From a virus (taxonomy: Duplodnaviria; Heunggongvirae; Uroviricota; Caudoviricetes): a stretch of DNA of 42,420 bases. Positions 39,923 through 42,420 of the stretch are shown here, in pieces. The notes below the pieces were generated by a model. The model searched no databases, was not told the origin of the DNA, and worked only from the letters and a program-made list of their open reading frames with translations. The stretch covers positions 1 to 42,420 of IMG/VR virus record IMGVR_UViG_2700989535_000005. One strand, 5' to 3'. Numbering within the stretch: position 1 is the stretch's first letter; every line of letters starts with the position of its first letter. A program made the translations under genes and the position numbers.

Positions 39923-40962
39923 AGGCTGAAGCATGGCGGGTCAGCAAACTTGGTGAAATACCTGATATGACGTTTGAGGAAGCGTGTGTCAGGTGGCTCG
40001 AAGAGAAAGCACATAAGAAATCACTGGACGATGACAAAAGCCGGATCGGATTCTGGCTTCAACATTTCGCAGGGATGCAACTAAGAGACATCACTGAATC
40101 AAAAATTTATTCAGCGATGCAGAAAATGACAAACCGGCGTCATGAGGAAAACTGGAAACTCAGGGCAGAAGCATGCAGAAAAAAAGGGAAACCTGTTCCA
40201 GAATACACGCCAAAACCAGCGTCCGTTGCAACGAAGGCTACGCATCTTTCATTTATAAAGGCCCTGCTAAGAGCCGCAGAGCGTGAATGGAAAATGCTGG
40301 ATAAGGCACCAATTATTAAAGTGCCTCAACCGAAGAATAAACGTATCCGCTGGCTGGAGCCTCATGAAGCACAAAGGCTGATTGATGAATGTCCGGAGCC
40401 ATTAAAGTCTGTTGTTGAATTTGCACTGGCAACAGGCTTAAGACGCTCGAACATCATCAACCTTGAATGGCAACAAATAGACATGCAGCGCCGGGTGGCA
40501 TGGATAAACCCGGAAGAGAGTAAATCAAACCGCGCAATTGGCGTTGCGCTGAATGATACTGCATGTCGCGTATTGAAAAAACAAATCGGGAATCATCACC
40601 GTTGGGTATTTGTATACAAGGAAAGCTGTACCAAACCAGACGGAACGAAAGCGCCAACGGTCAGGAAGATGCGGTATGACGCAAACACAGCCTGGAAAGC
40701 GGCGCTGAGACGAGCAGGTATTGATGATTTCAGATTTCACGACTTGAGACACACCTGGGCAAGTTGGCTGGTTCAAGCCGGAGTCCCGTTGTCAGTGTTA
40801 CAGGAAATGGGAGGCTGGGAGTCTATCGAAATGGTTCGTCGATATGCTCACCTCGCACCTAATCACCTTACCGAACATGCACGGCAAATAGACTCGATCC
40901 TGAACCCATCGGTCCCAAATTTGTCCCAGTCAAAAAATAAGGAAGGTACTAATGATGTGTAA
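39799..40962 (+). CDS. int: Tyrosine integrase (P22 Int family, thrW-specific)
   Basis: 387 aa with C-terminal catalytic R...HDLRHT...Y pattern; adjacent to the thrW att site, which is the P22-type attachment locus. Confidence 0.9.
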   Translation: MSLFRRSEIWYASFTLPNGKRFKQSLGTKDKRQATELHDKLKAEAWRVSKLGEIPDMTFEEACVRWLEEKAHKKSLDDDKSRIGFWLQHFAGMQLRDITESKIYSAMQKMTNRRHEENWKLRAEACRKKGKPVPEYTPKPASVATKATHLSFIKALLRAAEREWKMLDKAPIIKVPQPKNKRIRWLEPHEAQRLIDECPEPLKSVVEFALATGLRRSNIINLEWQQIDMQRRVAWINPEESKSNRAIGVALNDTACRVLKKQIGNHHRWVFVYKESCTKPDGTKAPTVRKMRYDANTAWKAALRRAGIDDFRFHDLRHTWASWLVQAGVPLSVLQEMGGWESIEMVRRYAHLAPNHLTEHARQIDSILNPSVPNLSQSKNKEGTNDV

Positions 40963-40976
40963 CTTATTGATTTAAA

Positions 40977-41052
40977 TGGTGCCGATAATAGGAGTCGAAC
41001 CTACGACCTTCGCATTACGAATGCGCTGCTCTACCAACTGAGCTATATCGGC
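40977..41052 (-). tRNA. thrW: tRNA-Thr (anticodon CGU)
   Basis: 76-nt cloverleaf gccgatatagctcagttggtagagcagcgcattcgtaatgcgaaggtcgtaggttcgactcctattatcggcacca with CCA end; its 3' 46 nt are duplicated at 127..172. Confidence 0.95.
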
Positions 41053-41166
41053 CCTGAAAGGACATGTTCACGAACGTGAATCACGGTGGACAAGGTTAAA
41101 ACTAACCGGGCGATGCGTCAATGGCCTTGTGAATCAAATGGCTACTTTTGCATCACCCGGTTTTAT

Positions 41167-42420
41167 TTACGCACGAATGGTGTAATCACCAATGCCGATC
41201 CACTTGTAAGTGGTCAGTGCTTCCAGCCCCATTGGGCCACGCGCGTGGAGTTTTTGTGTGCTTACCGCCACTTCCGCACCCAGACCAAACTGGCCGCCGT
41301 CGGTAAAACGCGTAGAGGCGTTAACGTAAACAGCGGACGAATCCACTTCGTTAACAAAACGCTGGGCGTTGCGCATATCGCGGGTCAGGATCGCATCGGA
41401 GTGTTGTGTGCCGTGTTCACGAATATGGGCGATGGCATCGTCAAGATCGCTGACGATTTTGACGTTCAAATCTAATGACAGAAACTCATCGTCATACTCT
41501 TCGGCTTTAACAGCAACCACCTTCGCAGGGCCTGCCTGCAACTGCGCCAGTGCAGCTGCATCTGCGTGTAATGTCACGCCGCTTTCCGCCATTTGTTTGC
41601 TTAATGCGGGCAGGAAGCTATCGGCGATGTTTTTATTCACCAGCAACGTTTCAACCGTATTACATGTGCTCGGACGCTGAGTTTTCGCGTTGACGATCAC
41701 TTTTAATGCTTCAGCGATCTCTACACTTTCATCAACGTAAATATGGCATACGCCTATACCACCTGTGATCACCGGGATTGTCGACTGTTCACGGCACAGT
41801 TTATGCAAACCAGCGCCACCACGCGGGATCAGCATGTCGATGTATTTATCCATACGCAGCATTTCACTGACCAGCGCACGGTCAGGATTATCAATCGCCT
41901 GCACGGCACCCGCCGGTAAGCCGCAGGATTTCAGGGCGTCCTGAATCACCGCCACCGTTGCAGCGTTAGTGCGACACGTTTCTTTGCCACCGCGCAGGAT
42001 CACCGCATTACCGGTTTTCAGGCACAGCGAAGCGACATCAACCGTCACGTTCGGGCGCGCTTCATAAATCACGCCAATAACCCCCAGCGGTACGCGACGA
42101 CGCTCAAGACGCAGGCCGCTGTCCAGTACGCTGCCATCGATTACCTGCCCCACCGGATCGGCGAGGTTACACACCTGGCGCACATCATCGGCAATGCCTT
42201 TCAGCCGTGCGGGCGTCAGTGCCAGACGGTCAAGCATCGCTTCGCCAAGGCCATTGGCACGCGCGTCAGCAACATCCTGGGCGTTAGCGTTGAGGATGAT
42301 TTCGCTTTGTGCTTCCAGTTCATCGGCGATTTTTTCCAGCACGCGATTTTTTTCGCGGCTGGAGAGTTGCGCTAATTTATACGAGGCTTGCTTCGCGGCA
42401 ATGCCCATTTGTTCCAGCAT
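41167..42420 (-). CDS. proA: Gamma-glutamyl phosphate reductase (host gene)
   Basis: 417 aa matching recalled E. coli ProA; the start codon coincides with the window end; proA-thrW synteny. Confidence 0.9.
   Translation of the reverse strand: MLEQMGIAAKQASYKLAQLSSREKNRVLEKIADELEAQSEIILNANAQDVADARANGLGEAMLDRLALTPARLKGIADDVRQVCNLADPVGQVIDGSVLDSGLRLERRRVPLGVIGVIYEARPNVTVDVASLCLKTGNAVILRGGKETCRTNAATVAVIQDALKSCGLPAGAVQAIDNPDRALVSEMLRMDKYIDMLIPRGGAGLHKLCREQSTIPVITGGIGVCHIYVDESVEIAEALKVIVNAKTQRPSTCNTVETLLVNKNIADSFLPALSKQMAESGVTLHADAAALAQLQAGPAKVVAVKAEEYDDEFLSLDLNVKIVSDLDDAIAHIREHGTQHSDAILTRDMRNAQRFVNEVDSSAVYVNASTRFTDGGQFGLGAEVAVSTQKLHARGPMGLEALTTYKWIGIGDYTIRA

Overview
The window is essentially one complete lambdoid prophage of about 40.9 kb, inserted in the host tRNA-Thr gene thrW. 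The intact tRNA lies at 40977..41052 (minus strand), a 48-bp direct repeat of its 3' end marks the other junction at 125..172, and host proA follows at 41167..42420. Everything below was read from the sequence and the ORF track and compared with protein and DNA sequences recalled from memory; no database search was run. The prophage is a mosaic: (i) P22-type int/xis beside thrW; (ii) a lambda-like early-left operon (exo, bet, gam, kil, cIII, ea10, ral, sieB, N) and lambda immunity/replication region (OL/PL/nutL, cI, OR/PR/PRM, cro, nutR, cII, O with ori iterons, P, ren, ninB/E/F/G), in which rexAB is replaced by a single KilA-N-domain gene; (iii) a phage-21-type late control and lysis cassette (Q, two tRNA-like genes, pinholin S21, SAR endolysin, Rz/Rz1); (iv) a non-lambda morphogenesis module on the minus strand (terminase small and large subunits, portal, Mu-F-like protein, capsid, sheath, tube, chaperone with a -1 frameshift, tape measure, baseplate, fibre). 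Accessory loci are: an AT-rich two-gene operon with its own promoter and terminator inside the baseplate gene cluster (7566..8718), which is my top candidate for an undescribed defence-type system; an adjacent secreted small protein gene (8839..9180); the KilA-N gene in the rex slot (32747..33508); an opposite-strand AT-rich orphan gene (24446..24877); a left-end cargo island with an acyltransferase-3 gene and two unknown genes (545..3181); and an orphan Dam-like methyltransferase (38108..38665). No rRNA, CRISPR array or intact IS element was seen. Protein-family names for the structural module are tentative.
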